Positions 28,983-40,032 of a stretch of 64,000 nt of DNA are shown in pieces. Origin of the DNA: Planctomycetota bacterium (GTDB lineage Bacteria; Planctomycetota; Brocadiia; CAIUPP01); assembly GCA_022705425.1 (NCBI GenBank), contig JAKJEM010000008.1, positions 24,980 through 88,979 on the forward strand. The letters are read 5' to 3'. Made by a program: the position numbers and the translations under genes. The notes under the pieces are model-generated. The model had not been told where the DNA came from and searched no databases. It worked only from the letters and a program-made list of their open reading frames with translations. Every line of letters begins with the position of its first letter. Position 1 is the first letter of the stretch.

Positions 28983-29780
28983 CTACCAGATCGTCCATCC
29001 GCCATCCACAACGAGATTCTGTCCCGTGACGAACGAGGAGGCCGCCGAAGCCAGGAAGAGCACGGCGCCCTTGAGTTCATGCGGTTGCCCGATTCGGTTC
29101 ATGGGCGCCTGCCTGCGGAGTTCCTCGATGAAGGCGGGTTCCGCCGCCTGGACCGCAGGCGACGGAAAGGCGCCGGGGCTTATCGCATTCACGCGAACGC
29201 CATCGCGCGCCAGGTACCCGGCCATGTATCGCGTGACCTGCAGAACCGCGCCTTTCGTTGCGTGGTAGTGGACGGGGCTGTAGAAGGCGCTGTTGCGGTA
29301 GATGTCAAAATGGGGCGAGACGATCCCGTACATCGAAGCGATGTTGATGACCGCGCCGGACCCGGAAGCCCGCAGGTGGGGGAGGCAAGCCTTCATCATG
29401 GCGTAGTAGGCCACCACATTACCGCGGAGGGCCGATTCAAATACCTCCAGGGGCATGTCCTCGGGGTTACGATGGGCTCCAGCACCGTAGGCGTTGTTCA
29501 CAAGGACGTCGAGCCGTCCGAACTCACGGAGCGCTGCGGCGACTCCTGCGGAGATCGAAGCCTCATCACCGACATCCAGCCTGACGCCGAGGGCGCGAGG
29601 GCCTGAGGCTGAGAGATGTTCGGCAACCGTCCGGCACTTCCTCTCGTCTCGGGAAGCGACGATGACGTGGGCTCCGGCTTCCGCAAGGGCTTCGCACATC
29701 GGCGTGCCCAGGTGACCGGCGCCACCGGTGACGAGGGCGACTCTGTCCTTCAGGCTGAAGAGTTCGGCGGTGGTTGGCAT
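28983..29780 (-). CDS. SDR-family short-chain dehydrogenase/reductase
   Basis: TGGAGHLG Rossmann motif, NNAG, and the catalytic YxxxK (YHATK). Start trimmed to the ATG with a GGAGG RBS (266 aa). Confidence 0.75.
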   Translation of the reverse strand: MPTTAELFSLKDRVALVTGGAGHLGTPMCEALAEAGAHVIVASRDERKCRTVAEHLSASGPRALGVRLDVGDEASISAGVAAALREFGRLDVLVNNAYGAGAHRNPEDMPLEVFESALRGNVVAYYAMMKACLPHLRASGSGAVINIASMYGIVSPHFDIYRNSAFYSPVHYHATKGAVLQVTRYMAGYLARDGVRVNAISPGAFPSPAVQAAEPAFIEELRRQAPMNRIGQPHELKGAVLFLASAASSFVTGQNLVVDGGWTIW

Positions 29781-30023
29781 GTCTGCCCAGCCTCCGGTTT
29801 GCATGGGAAGATGAGATTGGGCCAAGGGGACGTCAATCCGCTGCGCGGAGTGCGTCCCGTGGTATCGGTCGTTTGAGGGAGCACCCTGGAAGTCGGTGCA
29901 AAGGATAGATGCCGGCGCGCGCCACGTCTGATAATCTCTATTATGTCGGACGCGCGTCTGCCAAGTGCGCAACGCCTGTAAGGAATATCAACTCGGAGGA
30001 CTTGCGATTAGGCTCGGCTCCGG

Positions 30024-30587
30024 TCACTTGCCCGCCCGAATCAATGCCAGCGCCTCGGCGCGTGTTGCCGGGTTCTCACGAAACAGTCCGCGGACGACCG
30101 ATGTTACGGTGACCGATCCGGGTTTCTTGACGCCACGCATCGTCATGCAGAGATGTTCGGCCTCGACGACCACCATGACACCTTGCGGCTTGAGCGCCGC
30201 GGCCAGGATTTCCGCAACCCTCGTGGTGAGCCGCTCCTGAACCTGCAGACGCTTGGCCTCCATCTCCACAACCCGAGCAATCTTGCTGATCCCGCAGACG
30301 CGCGTGCCCTTGGGTATGTAGGCGACGTGAGCCTTGCCAAGAAACGGAAGCATGTGGTGCTCGCACATGGAGTAGAACGGTATGTCGCGGATGAGAACGA
30401 TCTCGTCATGCTCCTCCGCCGAGAGCGGCTTGATGATCCTGGCGGGATCGCAGGTCATCCCGGAGTAGATCTCCTCGCACATCTGCGCCACCCGGCGCGG
30501 TGTGTCGCGGAGTCCGGGGCGGTTGACGTCTTCGCCGATGCCTTCAAGCATCATGCGTACGGCACGTTCGATCTTGCGGCGATCCAT
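30024..30587 (-). CDS. folE: GTP cyclohydrolase I
   Basis: 187 aa with CEHHMLPF and GKAHVAYIP signature blocks. Confidence 0.9.
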   Translation of the reverse strand: MDRRKIERAVRMMLEGIGEDVNRPGLRDTPRRVAQMCEEIYSGMTCDPARIIKPLSAEEHDEIVLIRDIPFYSMCEHHMLPFLGKAHVAYIPKGTRVCGISKIARVVEMEAKRLQVQERLTTRVAEILAAALKPQGVMVVVEAEHLCMTMRGVKKPGSVTVTSVVRGLFRENPATRAEALALIRAGK

Positions 30588-30600
30588 CCCCCTCTCCTGA

Positions 30601-31485
30601 CTAGGCTTTCAACAGGCCATATGCGCGGAGAGCCCGCGCAAGACGCTCGCGGTTCTCGGTCAGCATGGGCGACAGCGGCAGCCGCAGGTCGCCCCGACAG
30701 AGTCGCATCATCTCCATGGCCGTCTTGCACGGTATCGGGTTGGTCTCGATGAAACATGCCTTGAAGACGGGGAACATGCGCAGGTGCATCTCGCGAGCGC
30801 GAGCGAAGTCGCCCGCCAAGGCGGCGGAAGTCATGTCTGCGACATCCTTGGGCATGAAGTTTGCCGCCACGGAGATGACGCCGCGCGCACCGACGACCAT
30901 CATCGGAAGAGTCAGGGAATCATCGCCGCTGAGGATGACGATGCGCGGACAGCGCTGCGCGAGTTCACTGACGCGGTCGAGACTGCCGCCGGCTTCCTTG
31001 ATGGCGACGACCTCCCGGACCTCGTTCGCCAGGCGTTCGACGGTCTCGACGGCGATCTCGCGCGCCGTGCGTGAGGGCACACTGTAGAGGATGATCGGCA
31101 GGCGCGTAGCTTCAGCGATGGCCTTGAAGTGCAGGAACATCCCCATAGGCTCGGGCTTGTTGTAATACGGCGAGACCTGGAGCGTGGCGTCCGCGCCGGC
31201 TTTGGCGGCGGCCTGGCTCAGTTCCACGGCCTCGCGGGTGCAATTGGCGCCCGTTCCGGCGATCACCGGCACGCGTCCCTTCGTTCGCTTGATGACGAAC
31301 CGAATGACTTCCTTGTGCTCGCGCATGGAAAGCGTGGGCGCTTCGCCGGTGGTGCCGCAGGGTACCAATCCAGACGTTCCCGCGGCCAGGTGCATCTCGA
31401 CCAGCGCCTCGAGCCGCGCGTAGTCCACGTCGCCGCGACGGTCAAAGGGCGTGACGATTGCGACGTAGGATCCCTGAAACATCAA
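30601..31485 (-). CDS. dapA: 4-hydroxy-tetrahydrodipicolinate synthase
   Basis: GTTGE motif and the active-site Lys context of the DapA family. Shares a 4-bp overlap with pdxJ. Confidence 0.88.
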   Translation of the reverse strand: MMFQGSYVAIVTPFDRRGDVDYARLEALVEMHLAAGTSGLVPCGTTGEAPTLSMREHKEVIRFVIKRTKGRVPVIAGTGANCTREAVELSQAAAKAGADATLQVSPYYNKPEPMGMFLHFKAIAEATRLPIILYSVPSRTAREIAVETVERLANEVREVVAIKEAGGSLDRVSELAQRCPRIVILSGDDSLTLPMMVVGARGVISVAANFMPKDVADMTSAALAGDFARAREMHLRMFPVFKACFIETNPIPCKTAMEMMRLCRGDLRLPLSPMLTENRERLARALRAYGLLKA

Positions 31486-32264
31486 CCGACCTCCGTTCTT
31501 GCCTGAACTCGGGCTTCGGTGCGCGCACCGGGCGCGCTGAAGCGTACGATCAATTCCACCATCTCCCGCACCGCCCGCTCCACTCCCACCAGCACCGCGC
31601 GGGCAATGAGGCTGTGGCCGATGTGAAGCTCTTCGATCCCGTCCAGTGCTTCCAGCAGGCGCCGCAGGTTGACGTAGTTCAACCCGTGTCCAGCGTTGAC
31701 GCGCAAGCCCTTGCCGCGCGCCGCTTCGGCGCCAAGCGCAAGAGCCCGCAGTTCGCGCCGGACGCCGGCTTCCGTGCGGGCGTTTGCATAAGGACCGGTG
31801 TGCAGTTCGACGGCATCCGCGCCGATGTCCGCCGCCGCGGCGATCTGGACCGGGTCCGGCGCGATGAAGAGGCTAACAATGATCCCGCGCGATTTCAAGC
31901 GGCGCACGGCGGCGGCCAGCGTGCGCCCGCCGGCGACGACGTTCAACCCCCCTTCCGTCGTCACCTCCTCGCGCTTCTCCGGCACCAGCGTGGCCTGCTC
32001 CGGACGCGTCCGCAGTGCAACCGCGATGACATCCGGCCACGCCGCCATTTCCAGGTTGAACTTGCTGGTCACCGTCGCCTTCAAAAGGGCCACGTCCCGG
32101 TCGTTGACGTGACGCCGGTCCTCGCGCAGATGGCAGGTGATCACCTCGGCGCCGGCCAGGGTCGCCAGCGCGGCGGCCGCCACGGGGTCCGGCTCATAGG
32201 TCCGCCGCGCCTGGCGGACGGTGGCCACGTGGTCAATGTTCACGCCCAGTTTCGGGATTTGCAT
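31482..32264 (-). CDS. pdxJ: pyridoxine 5'-phosphate synthase
   Basis: [21 protein letters not shown]-terminus and HLREDRRH block typical of PdxJ. Confidence 0.88.
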   Translation of the reverse strand: MQIPKLGVNIDHVATVRQARRTYEPDPVAAAALATLAGAEVITCHLREDRRHVNDRDVALLKATVTSKFNLEMAAWPDVIAVALRTRPEQATLVPEKREEVTTEGGLNVVAGGRTLAAAVRRLKSRGIIVSLFIAPDPVQIAAAADIGADAVELHTGPYANARTEAGVRRELRALALGAEAARGKGLRVNAGHGLNYVNLRRLLEALDGIEELHIGHSLIARAVLVGVERAVREMVELIVRFSAPGARTEARVQARTEVG

Positions 32265-32306
32265 CGCGTTGCCTCTCCAAGCAAGAACGGCCTTCGTCGC
32301 GCCCGC

Positions 32307-33350
32307 CTACGGGGCTTTCGCCGGGGCCGGTTCGCTGATCTTGACGGCACAGGTTGTCACCGCGGGCGTCACCACCAGATCGTCCGAACGCGGAGCATTC
32401 ACCACTCGCGCCTCCACCGGCTGGGTGTAGTTCACCGCCGCCGGCGCCAGTTTGGTCAGGTCCACGTACAGCACAACATTCTCCGGCTTGAGCGCGTCCA
32501 CGATCGTGGCCGGTCCCCGCACGCGCACGTCGCTGCTCTGCTCGCGCACCGAAACCGCGTACGGGTTGTCCTGCCGCATCAGGAGGCGAATCGGCACCCC
32601 GGAAAACGCCTTCTCCGTCCTGAGCATCCGAAGGTCCACCCGGACCTGGACATCCTGTTCGACGAGGACCGGATGATTCTGCCCGTCCACCACGACGTGG
32701 CGGGCGAGGGCCGCCCTGGGCGGTTGCACCACCCATTCCGGGGGGGTGCCCGGCGGCGGATCGCTGATGTAGATCTCCGCCGTCTCGATCCCGGTGGCGC
32801 GGTTCACCACGTCCTTACGTCCGCGCACCTCCACCCGCGACGGCATGGCATAGGGCCGATAGGCGATCTCATACCCCGGCGGTGGCGGCGACGTCCGCAC
32901 AAGCACCGGCAGGGGGCGCGTGACCTCACGAACGATCGGAAAGCGCAGTTCCGGCGGGATGAACTGCACGTCCTTGATCCCGAGGGCGCGCGCTACAACC
33001 AGATTCGACTCCTTCAAGCGCATGGAAACGATCTGTGCGTCGCCGCCGCTCGGGTCAGGCGGGACCTCGCATTCCACGCGGATGCGGCGATCCCGGATTT
33101 CCTGCGCCACCGTCTCCGCCAGGCGTCGCGGATAGACCATGCTGACCTTGGTCGTCAAGCCGACGCCGGTCGTCACCGACCACCCCCCTGCCGTCCTCAC
33201 CTCGACGGCGACGTCGTGCTCCTTGGGGGTCGTGTAACTGAAGACGTATGCGAACATCCACAGCGCCACGGCCATGACCAGCGCCATCACCTTGGCGCCC
33301 ACATTGCCCAGCAGGTGCCGCAGGAAGAACTCGCCGAGGGTCTTGAACAT
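32307..33350 (-). CDS. cdaR: YbbR-domain protein (CdaR-like regulator of diadenylate cyclase)
   Basis: N-terminal TM helix followed by repeated YbbR-like beta domains. Lies immediately downstream of cdaA, as in cdaA-cdaR operons. Confidence 0.65.
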   Translation of the reverse strand: MFKTLGEFFLRHLLGNVGAKVMALVMAVALWMFAYVFSYTTPKEHDVAVEVRTAGGWSVTTGVGLTTKVSMVYPRRLAETVAQEIRDRRIRVECEVPPDPSGGDAQIVSMRLKESNLVVARALGIKDVQFIPPELRFPIVREVTRPLPVLVRTSPPPPGYEIAYRPYAMPSRVEVRGRKDVVNRATGIETAEIYISDPPPGTPPEWVVQPPRAALARHVVVDGQNHPVLVEQDVQVRVDLRMLRTEKAFSGVPIRLLMRQDNPYAVSVREQSSDVRVRGPATIVDALKPENVVLYVDLTKLAPAAVNYTQPVEARVVNAPRSDDLVVTPAVTTCAVKISEPAPAKAP

Positions 33351-33362
33351 GGCCGCCCTCCC

Positions 33363-34175
33363 TCAGGACGCCGCCGGAGCCGGCGCCGCCGCGGCCGTCT
33401 CCGCCAGAGTCTCTTCCAGGACTTGGCGCAGCTGCTCGCGATCGAGGCCGCTGCGCAACTGGCCTCGCCGCGCCACAGATACCTGCGTCGTCTCCTCCGA
33501 CACGATGATCGAGAGCGCGTCCGATTCCTCGGTGATGCCGATCCCGGCCCGATGCCGTGTGCCCAGCGTCTTGGCCAACCCCGCCTGTTCCGTAAGGGGG
33601 AGCAGGCACCCTGCCGCCGCCACACGCCCGTTGCGGATGACCACCGCGCCGTCGTGCAGCGGAGAACCCGGCCAGAAGATCGTGACCAGCAGGTCGCTCG
33701 TCACGGCTGCGTCCATCGGCGTACCCCCCTCGATGACCGTACCCAGGGCCGTCTCGCGCTCAATGACGATCAGGCCCCCCACCTTGCGGGCGGAGAGACG
33801 GAAGACGGCCTCCACGATTTCCGCCCCCATGGCCCCCTCGCCGTGAAAGAGCTTGCGGAACAGAGGCGTCTCGCCCAGGCGCAGCAGCAGGCGGCGGACC
33901 TCCGGCTGGAAGAGCACGGCGATCAGCACGAAGAAGATCAGCGCCCGGTCCTGGCCCATGAGGTACTCCATCCGATAGAGATGGAGCTTCTCAATCATGA
34001 CCGTGGCGATCAGCAGCGCCAGGATGACGACGAAGATCAGGCCGCGCAGCAATCCGGTCCCGCGCGTGCCCTGGAGAAAGCAAAGGATGCCGTAGATGAC
34101 CAGGAAGAGCAGGCCGATCTCGACCAGCGCAGGCCAGACGCTGCTCCAGTTCGACAGGTCGGGCAGAAGACTCAT
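33363..34175 (-). CDS. cdaA: diadenylate cyclase (c-di-AMP synthase, CdaA/DacA type)
   Basis: Three N-terminal TM helices plus a DAC domain with DGA(V/I)I and RHRAA(I/L)G..ESDA motifs (DGAVVIRNG, GTRHRAGIGITEESDALSIIVSEETTQVS). Its start overlaps the folP stop by 4 bp (ATGA). Confidence 0.85.
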   Translation of the reverse strand: MSLLPDLSNWSSVWPALVEIGLLFLVIYGILCFLQGTRGTGLLRGLIFVVILALLIATVMIEKLHLYRMEYLMGQDRALIFFVLIAVLFQPEVRRLLLRLGETPLFRKLFHGEGAMGAEIVEAVFRLSARKVGGLIVIERETALGTVIEGGTPMDAAVTSDLLVTIFWPGSPLHDGAVVIRNGRVAAAGCLLPLTEQAGLAKTLGTRHRAGIGITEESDALSIIVSEETTQVSVARRGQLRSGLDREQLRQVLEETLAETAAAAPAPAAS

Positions 34176-35056
34176 GCCCAGGTCCTCCCCTGTAAAGCCG
34201 CGATCACTTTGACGACATGCAACGCCGGACGGACGTCGTGCACGCGCACAATCGCCGCGCCGCGTTCCAGCGCCGCCGCCACCGTGGCCAGCGTACCGAA
34301 GAGACGCTCCGGCGGCGGCACGTCGAGAATCCGGCCGAGCATGGCCTTGCGCGAGGTGCCGATCAGCAGCGGACGGCCCAGCGCGGTCAGCGCGGACAGG
34401 CCGCCTAACAACTCGATGTTGTGGTCGAAGGTCTTTCCGAACCCGAAACCGGGGTCCGCGATCATCTGCTCACGCGACACACCATGCTCAGCCGCCCAGT
34501 CCATGCGCTCTTTGAGAAAGGTCCGCACCTCGGCGCAGACGTCTCGATACTGCGGGTTCGTCTGCATGTCGCGCGGGCGGCCCTGCATGTGCATCAGCAC
34601 CACCGGCGCGCGCGACTCCGCCGCCACGGCAACCATCTCCGCGTCGTCACGCAAAGCGGAAACGTCGTTCAGAATCTGCGCGCCTGCCGCCAAGGCCAGC
34701 CGCGCCACGGCGGCAGAGGTCGTATCTACGCTGATCGGCGTCCCCGTGTGCGCACGCAGGCCCGCAATGACCGGCACCACCCGCCGCGCCTGCTCCTCCG
34801 GCGGTGTGGCCTGGGAACCCGGACGGGTGGATTCCCCGCCCACGTCCAGGATGTCGGCGCCCTCCTCCGCCAGCGCCAGACCATGCTCCACCGCCGCCGA
34901 GGTCTCCAGGTACTTCCCGCCGTCGGAAAAGGAGTCCGGCGTTACGTTCACGACGCCCATCACCAGAGCGCGACCCTTCCCGCCCAGGCCCAGCGAACGG
35001 CCGTCCGGCAGCTTCAGACGCCACGCCGGACCGACGGATGTCTCTGCGCGCGTCAC
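34172..35056 (-). CDS. folP: dihydropteroate synthase
   Basis: Pterin-binding TIM-barrel blocks: MGVVNVTPDSFSDGG, DVGGESTRPG, GTSRK. Confidence 0.88.
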   Translation of the reverse strand: MTRAETSVGPAWRLKLPDGRSLGLGGKGRALVMGVVNVTPDSFSDGGKYLETSAAVEHGLALAEEGADILDVGGESTRPGSQATPPEEQARRVVPVIAGLRAHTGTPISVDTTSAAVARLALAAGAQILNDVSALRDDAEMVAVAAESRAPVVLMHMQGRPRDMQTNPQYRDVCAEVRTFLKERMDWAAEHGVSREQMIADPGFGFGKTFDHNIELLGGLSALTALGRPLLIGTSRKAMLGRILDVPPPERLFGTLATVAAALERGAAIVRVHDVRPALHVVKVIAALQGRTWA

Positions 35057-37032
35057 GCCGGCTTCTCCAACGGCGCGGCGGGAGTTTCCGGCTTGGCGGG
35101 CGGTTCCGTTGCCGACCCATTGGCCGGGTCGCGCGTAATCTCGCCCCCGGCCAGGATCGCATCCACATCGGCCGCATAGAGCACTTCATACTTCAACAGG
35201 GCGGCGGCCATCGCTTCCACCTCCCGACGGCGTTCGAGGACGATCTGGCGGGCGCGTTCATGCGCCTCGCGCACCAGACGGGCAACCTCCTCGTCAATCT
35301 TCACGGCCGTGGCCTCAGAGAAGGAGCGCGTGCGTCCGGCGTCGCGCCCCAGAAAGGACTCCTCCGCCTCGTGGTAGCTGATGGGACCGAGCACATCGCT
35401 CATTCCCCATCGGCAGACCATCAGCCGGGCGATGTCGGTCGCCTGGTCGAGGTCTTGCTGCGCCCCGCTGGTGATGTCGCCGCAGAGCGATTCCTCCACC
35501 ACGCGCCCGGCCAGCAGCACGCTCATCTGCGACAGCATCCGGCGCCGTTGGTAATGGTAGCGGTCGCGCTCGGGCAGGAACATCGTCATGCCCAGGGCCA
35601 TTCCCTGCGGGATGATGGAGACTTTGTGCAGCGGCTCGGCGTCGGGGTGGAGTTTGGCCACGATGGCGTGGCCGCTTTCGTGATAGGCCGTAATGCGACG
35701 GTCCTCGTCCGTCATGGCGCGCGAACGCCGTTGGCGTCCCCAGCGGACCTTGTCACGCGATTCCTCCAAATCGTCCATGTCAATCGCGACCTTCGACTTG
35801 CGCGTGGCGAGCAGGGCTGCCTCGTTGAGCAACGCCTCCAGGTCGGCTCCGGAAAAGGTGGGCGTGCCGCGCGCCAGTTGGCGCAGATCCACCCCCCCCG
35901 CCAGCTTGTACTTACGGGCATGCACCTTGAGGATCGCCTCACGCCCCCGGATGTCCGGCAGGTCCACGATGATCTGGCGGTCAAAGCGCCCGGCGCGCTG
36001 CAAGGCCGGATCGAGCACGTCGGGGCGGTTCGTGGCGGCAATGACGATGACGTTGTCGTCCGTCTCGAAGCCGTCCATCTCCACGAGGATCGCATTCAGC
36101 GTCTGCGCGCCTTCCGCGCCCGCGCCGTGCAGGTCCACCGCCCGGCGGCGTCCGACGGCGTCAATCTCATCAAGGAAGATGATACAGGGGGCGTTCTCCT
36201 TGGCCTGGTGGAACAGGTCGCGCACACGAGAGGCGCCCACGCCCACGAACATCTCTATGAAATCCGAACCGCTGATGCTGAAGAAGGGCGCTTCGGCTTC
36301 GCCGGCGATTGCCTTGGCCAGGAGGGTCTTGCCCGTTCCCGGCGGCCCCACCAGCAGCACCCCGCGCGGAATGCGTCCGCCCAGCCGGCGGAACTTGGCC
36401 GGGTTCTTCAGGAACTCGACAAGTTCCTGCACCTCTTCCTTGGCTTCATCAATACCCGCCACGTGGTCGAAGGTGATGTTGGACTGCTCCTTGGTGTGAA
36501 GTTTGGCGCGCGACTTGCCAAAAGTCAGCACCCCCCCCGCGCCTCCCGCGCCCCGGAACTGCCGCGCCAGGAGCCACCAGAGCAACAGGATGATCAGCAA
36601 CAGCGGCAGCAGTTGAACCAGCAGGAACTGGAGGATCTCGTTCCCAGGGTCCTGGTTGTAGTCCACCGGCTCCCCGGTGTGTTCCGCGTTGTACGCCGCA
36701 AGGCGCTTGGAGAGCGTCTCGATCTCGGCGTCGAGGATCGGCAGCGCAAACTCCTGCGGCTTGTCCTTGGCGGCCTTGCGGTACTCGCCGGTCACCTGAT
36801 TGCGCCGGATTTCCACCGTCTTCAGTGCGCCCTGGTCCAGCCGCTCGTAGAACTGACCCAGCCGGATCGTCTCGCGACGTCCCTTCTTGCTCTGGAAGTA
36901 GAGGGCGTAGATGCCCAGCGCAATGAGTCCGAAGATCAGAAACCACAGGAACAGCCCCCCGCCCGGGCCCGCCGGTTTCGGCGGGGGCAGCGAACGGTTG
37001 CGCGAACCCTGCGGGTCGAGTCTTTCGCCCAT
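35053..37032 (-). CDS. ftsH: ATP-dependent zinc metalloprotease FtsH
   Basis: Two TM helices; AAA Walker [12 protein letters not shown] motif, HEXGH zinc site (HESGHAI). The track ORF begins at a TTG at 37092. The internal ATG at 37032 has an AAGGGAG RBS and was preferred. Confidence 0.88.
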   Translation of the reverse strand: MGERLDPQGSRNRSLPPPKPAGPGGGLFLWFLIFGLIALGIYALYFQSKKGRRETIRLGQFYERLDQGALKTVEIRRNQVTGEYRKAAKDKPQEFALPILDAEIETLSKRLAAYNAEHTGEPVDYNQDPGNEILQFLLVQLLPLLLIILLLWWLLARQFRGAGGAGGVLTFGKSRAKLHTKEQSNITFDHVAGIDEAKEEVQELVEFLKNPAKFRRLGGRIPRGVLLVGPPGTGKTLLAKAIAGEAEAPFFSISGSDFIEMFVGVGASRVRDLFHQAKENAPCIIFLDEIDAVGRRRAVDLHGAGAEGAQTLNAILVEMDGFETDDNVIVIAATNRPDVLDPALQRAGRFDRQIIVDLPDIRGREAILKVHARKYKLAGGVDLRQLARGTPTFSGADLEALLNEAALLATRKSKVAIDMDDLEESRDKVRWGRQRRSRAMTDEDRRITAYHESGHAIVAKLHPDAEPLHKVSIIPQGMALGMTMFLPERDRYHYQRRRMLSQMSVLLAGRVVEESLCGDITSGAQQDLDQATDIARLMVCRWGMSDVLGPISYHEAEESFLGRDAGRTRSFSEATAVKIDEEVARLVREAHERARQIVLERRREVEAMAAALLKYEVLYAADVDAILAGGEITRDPANGSATEPPAKPETPAAPLEKPA

Positions 37033-37109
37033 CGAACGAACTCCCTTCATACTCTCGCAGCGAACCGACGTCCTGCGCCCGGCAAACGGCAAGCCGCCGT
37101 CCTCCGCCG

Positions 37110-37685
37110 TCAGAACGGCTCCTGCATCTGTTCCACGACCATCTCGGCCAGGTAGTCAAAGCTTCGGCGGATGGCCGTTGCCGCCGTCTCGCCCTGAGGA
37201 CTGACGAAGTCCGTCGGACGCGTCAGACCCTTCCCTTCGGCCAGGATGCGTCCGGTCCGTCGGTCCCGCCAGGTGAAATCAAGGGCGACGGTCAGGCGCT
37301 CGCTGGTCACCCGATCCTGTCCGTCGCGCACAAGAACGGCCACGCTCACCGACGTGATGGCGGTGGTCAGGATCGTGTCCGCCCGCGAGGCGTCGGCCAT
37401 GCGCAACGGGGTCCGGCGGAGGACTTCGCTCTTGATGCGCTCGGCCAGTTCCGTCTCCATCGAGTATGACGGGCGCGGCTCGGGGGCCGGAGCGGGCGTC
37501 GGGCTGAGGTTATCCGTCTTCCAAGCCTCGCGCCACACGCTGCGATTCTCCGTCATCGCCACATGGACCGTCCGCACATCGGCGGGGATCAGGAATCCGG
37601 CCCTGTAACCGCATCCGCACAGAAGAAGGGCGACCGCCAGCGCCGCGCCGACTCCCGCCGTCACTTGTCCGCCGCGTCCATCCAT
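37110..37685 (-). CDS. putative lipoprotein (LptE-like?)
   Basis: 191 aa with a signal peptide and a Cys-containing lipobox-like LLLCGCG. Weak resemblance to LptE-family lipoproteins. Overlaps the upstream TPR gene by 25 bp. Confidence 0.4.
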   Translation of the reverse strand: MDGRGGQVTAGVGAALAVALLLCGCGYRAGFLIPADVRTVHVAMTENRSVWREAWKTDNLSPTPAPAPEPRPSYSMETELAERIKSEVLRRTPLRMADASRADTILTTAITSVSVAVLVRDGQDRVTSERLTVALDFTWRDRRTGRILAEGKGLTRPTDFVSPQGETAATAIRRSFDYLAEMVVEQMQEPF

Positions 37686-39250
37686 TTCAGGGCAACGCCT
37701 TCATCCTTCAGGGCGCCCAGGGCCGCGCGGGCCGGGCCGGCCGACGCGCTGTCCGGGTAGTGCGACACGGCGTAATCGTAATACACCAGCGCCGCGCGCT
37801 TCTCCTTCCGACGCAGGTACATGGCCGCCGTATCCATCAGCGCAGCGGCCTGTTTCTCGCGGCACTCGGCCAGCAAGGTCTGCGCTTCCTCGGCAAAGCG
37901 CCCGCGAGGGTCGGTGCGCAGGTAGAGCTCGAACGCCCGCCGCGCTTGCATCAGCAGTACATCATTATCTCTTGCCAGGTCGGTCTGCTTCAAGTCGCAC
38001 TTGCCCCCCAGAAAGAGCGCCGCCGTGTTCCATTCGCTGCGCGGATGGCCATAGACGACGACGTCGAAGGCGGACTTGGCCTCGAACCAGTCGCCGCGCG
38101 CCATGTGCGCCTGCCCGGCATACATGTAGGCGTCGTCGGCCAGTGCGCCCAGGGGGTAGTTCTGCGCAACGGCTTCCATGGCGCGGATGGCCAATGAGGC
38201 GTCCCCCGCGCGGTCAAGGGCTCGTCCGATCTCAAACTCGCGCTCCACGAGGGCGCGCATCCGGCGTGTGGCGGGGTAGTCCTTGACGCATCGTTCATAC
38301 AGGTTGAAGGCCTCGGACCAGTCCTCTGCGCCGAAGGCCGTTTCCCCGCGATAGTACGCCGCCATTTCGCCGACGCTCGTTCCCTTGTACTTCTTCGCAG
38401 CAGCCTTGAAAACGCGCGCCGCCGCTTCGAACTCTCGCTCATACAGCAGTGTAGCCGCGTAATAGACCGCCCGCTTCTGCGCATCGGGCTCGGCCAGGAT
38501 GCTTTCGGCAATGTCCTGCGCCTCGCGCGCGGCGGCGGACCCGCTCTCCCGGAAGGCGGCCGCCGCCCGTCGCACACGTTCGTCGTCGTGCCCTTGCACA
38601 CGGCAGGCGATCAGGTCGGCCATGCCCGCCGCCAGCCACGCTTCGGCCCGTCCGGAGGGCGCCGGCATTGTCGTTGCCGCCAGCGCCGCCTCGCGCGCCC
38701 CGGCGTAGTCGCCCAGTTGCAGGCGGCGTCGCGCCTGTTCCTGTCGGAGCCTCGCGCGCGCCGCAACAGGCAGAGACTCCGCGTCCAGACTGTCAAGTCG
38801 CACAAGTGCTTCCTGTGCCGACCGGCGGTCTAGTCGAGGCGTCACGTCCAGCAGCAGCGCCGCCGCCTCGCTGCGCGTGGCGTTGTCGGCGGTTGCCCGA
38901 ACGGCGAGTTCTGCGGCGATTTCCGCCGCTTCGCGCGCCCGGCCCAGCCGTTCGCGGCAGCGCGCACGGTTCAACGCCGACTTTGCCGCCAGGGGCGAAC
39001 CGGGATAGGATTTCTCGAACTCCGCAAAGGCATCATATGCCCCCGCAAAGTAGCCTTGGATGAAGAGCGCCCGCGCATAGGCATAGCGCCCGTTCTCCGT
39101 CTCGGGCGGACGCTCCCCCAGGCGGATCCAGCCGACGTCGCCGTCCCAGGCCCACTGGGCATCGGTCGGGCCGCATACTCCCCACGCCAGGAGCGCCGCC
39201 ATCAGGACGGCGCGTGGAAGGCTCGTCTTGTCGTCGCGAGAGGTCATCAT
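37661..39250 (-). CDS. tetratricopeptide-repeat protein with N-terminal signal peptide
   Basis: Multiple TPR-like helical hairpins (AxxYxxAG..A periodicity). Start set at the ATG pair (MMTSRDDKTSLPRAVLMAALLAWGVCG), 4 nt after the recO stop. Confidence 0.55.
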   Translation of the reverse strand: MMTSRDDKTSLPRAVLMAALLAWGVCGPTDAQWAWDGDVGWIRLGERPPETENGRYAYARALFIQGYFAGAYDAFAEFEKSYPGSPLAAKSALNRARCRERLGRAREAAEIAAELAVRATADNATRSEAAALLLDVTPRLDRRSAQEALVRLDSLDAESLPVAARARLRQEQARRRLQLGDYAGAREAALAATTMPAPSGRAEAWLAAGMADLIACRVQGHDDERVRRAAAAFRESGSAAAREAQDIAESILAEPDAQKRAVYYAATLLYEREFEAAARVFKAAAKKYKGTSVGEMAAYYRGETAFGAEDWSEAFNLYERCVKDYPATRRMRALVEREFEIGRALDRAGDASLAIRAMEAVAQNYPLGALADDAYMYAGQAHMARGDWFEAKSAFDVVVYGHPRSEWNTAALFLGGKCDLKQTDLARDNDVLLMQARRAFELYLRTDPRGRFAEEAQTLLAECREKQAAALMDTAAMYLRRKEKRAALVYYDYAVSHYPDSASAGPARAALGALKDEGVALKWMDAADK

Positions 39251-39254
39251 ACAC

Positions 39255-40031
39255 TCATGGCTGGTCCGCGGCAGGACGCCCCATCCCGGCGGATGCGGCG
39301 AGAAAACGCGCCGTGCGCAACGGCCTTCCCAGATAATACTGCATCTGTTCGTTAAATGCACGCCGGATTTCCGCCACCTGGGCGGCGTTCAGGCGCAGTC
39401 CACCCACCTCCCGGTCCGATCGCGCGGCCAGGCGTCCCATCACCGCCAAAGCCCCACGCGAGATCGCGAAGGCTCCGGCCTCTCCCCGACCGCAATTGCC
39501 GCACAGTGCCCCCCCCGCGCCGGGACTGAACCGGGGCGTTCCTTCGAGCGGACCGCGGCATTGCGCACACGCTTCCACGAGCGGGCGGTGGCCGCTGGCT
39601 TCGAGCGCCTGCGTCAGGAAGCGAAACAACGCCAACTCTGCCTCCCCCCCCCTATCGAGCCGGCGCAGAAGGTCCAGCAGGCGGCCATAAAAGATCCCGT
39701 CCTCCGCCGTCTCCGTGGCAAAGGCCATCGTCACTTCGTCCGCGTAGAATGCCCGCCAGAGCCGGCTCAGGTCCGTTGCAAGGCGAGGGAAGGTCTCGCG
39801 CAATGTCCACTCGGCCACGATGTGAAGCTGCCCTGCCCCCTTCTGGGCCAGGACCACGTCGCACTGTGTCAGCGCCTCCAGCGGAAGGCGTCCATCCCTG
39901 CGGGGGCGGCGCGATCCCTTGGCCAGACCGCGCACCTGCCCGAGTTCCGGAGTGATCAGAGCGACCACTTGGCTGCTCTCGCTGAAGTCAATGCACCGCA
40001 GCACGACGGCCGGAGTCCTGACGTACGGCAC
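39255..40031 (-). CDS. recO: DNA repair protein RecO
   Basis: OB-fold N-terminus (VVLRCIDFSESS) and a C-terminal CxxC...CxxC zinc motif (CAQC...CGNC). Start provisionally set at an in-frame GTG just after the corC-like stop. The ATG at 40097 would overlap the upstream gene by 65 bp. Confidence 0.65.
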   Translation of the reverse strand: MPYVRTPAVVLRCIDFSESSQVVALITPELGQVRGLAKGSRRPRRDGRLPLEALTQCDVVLAQKGAGQLHIVAEWTLRETFPRLATDLSRLWRAFYADEVTMAFATETAEDGIFYGRLLDLLRRLDRGGEAELALFRFLTQALEASGHRPLVEACAQCRGPLEGTPRFSPGAGGALCGNCGRGEAGAFAISRGALAVMGRLAARSDREVGGLRLNAAQVAEIRRAFNEQMQYYLGRPLRTARFLAASAGMGRPAADQP

Positions 40032-40032
40032 T

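Noticed and set aside
37048-37092. Alternative longer FtsH N-terminus from the TTG at 37092 or the ATG at 37050.
   Set aside because: Neither has a convincing RBS. The ATG at 37032 has AAGGGAG at ideal spacing and gives an N-terminus of typical FtsH length before the first TM helix.
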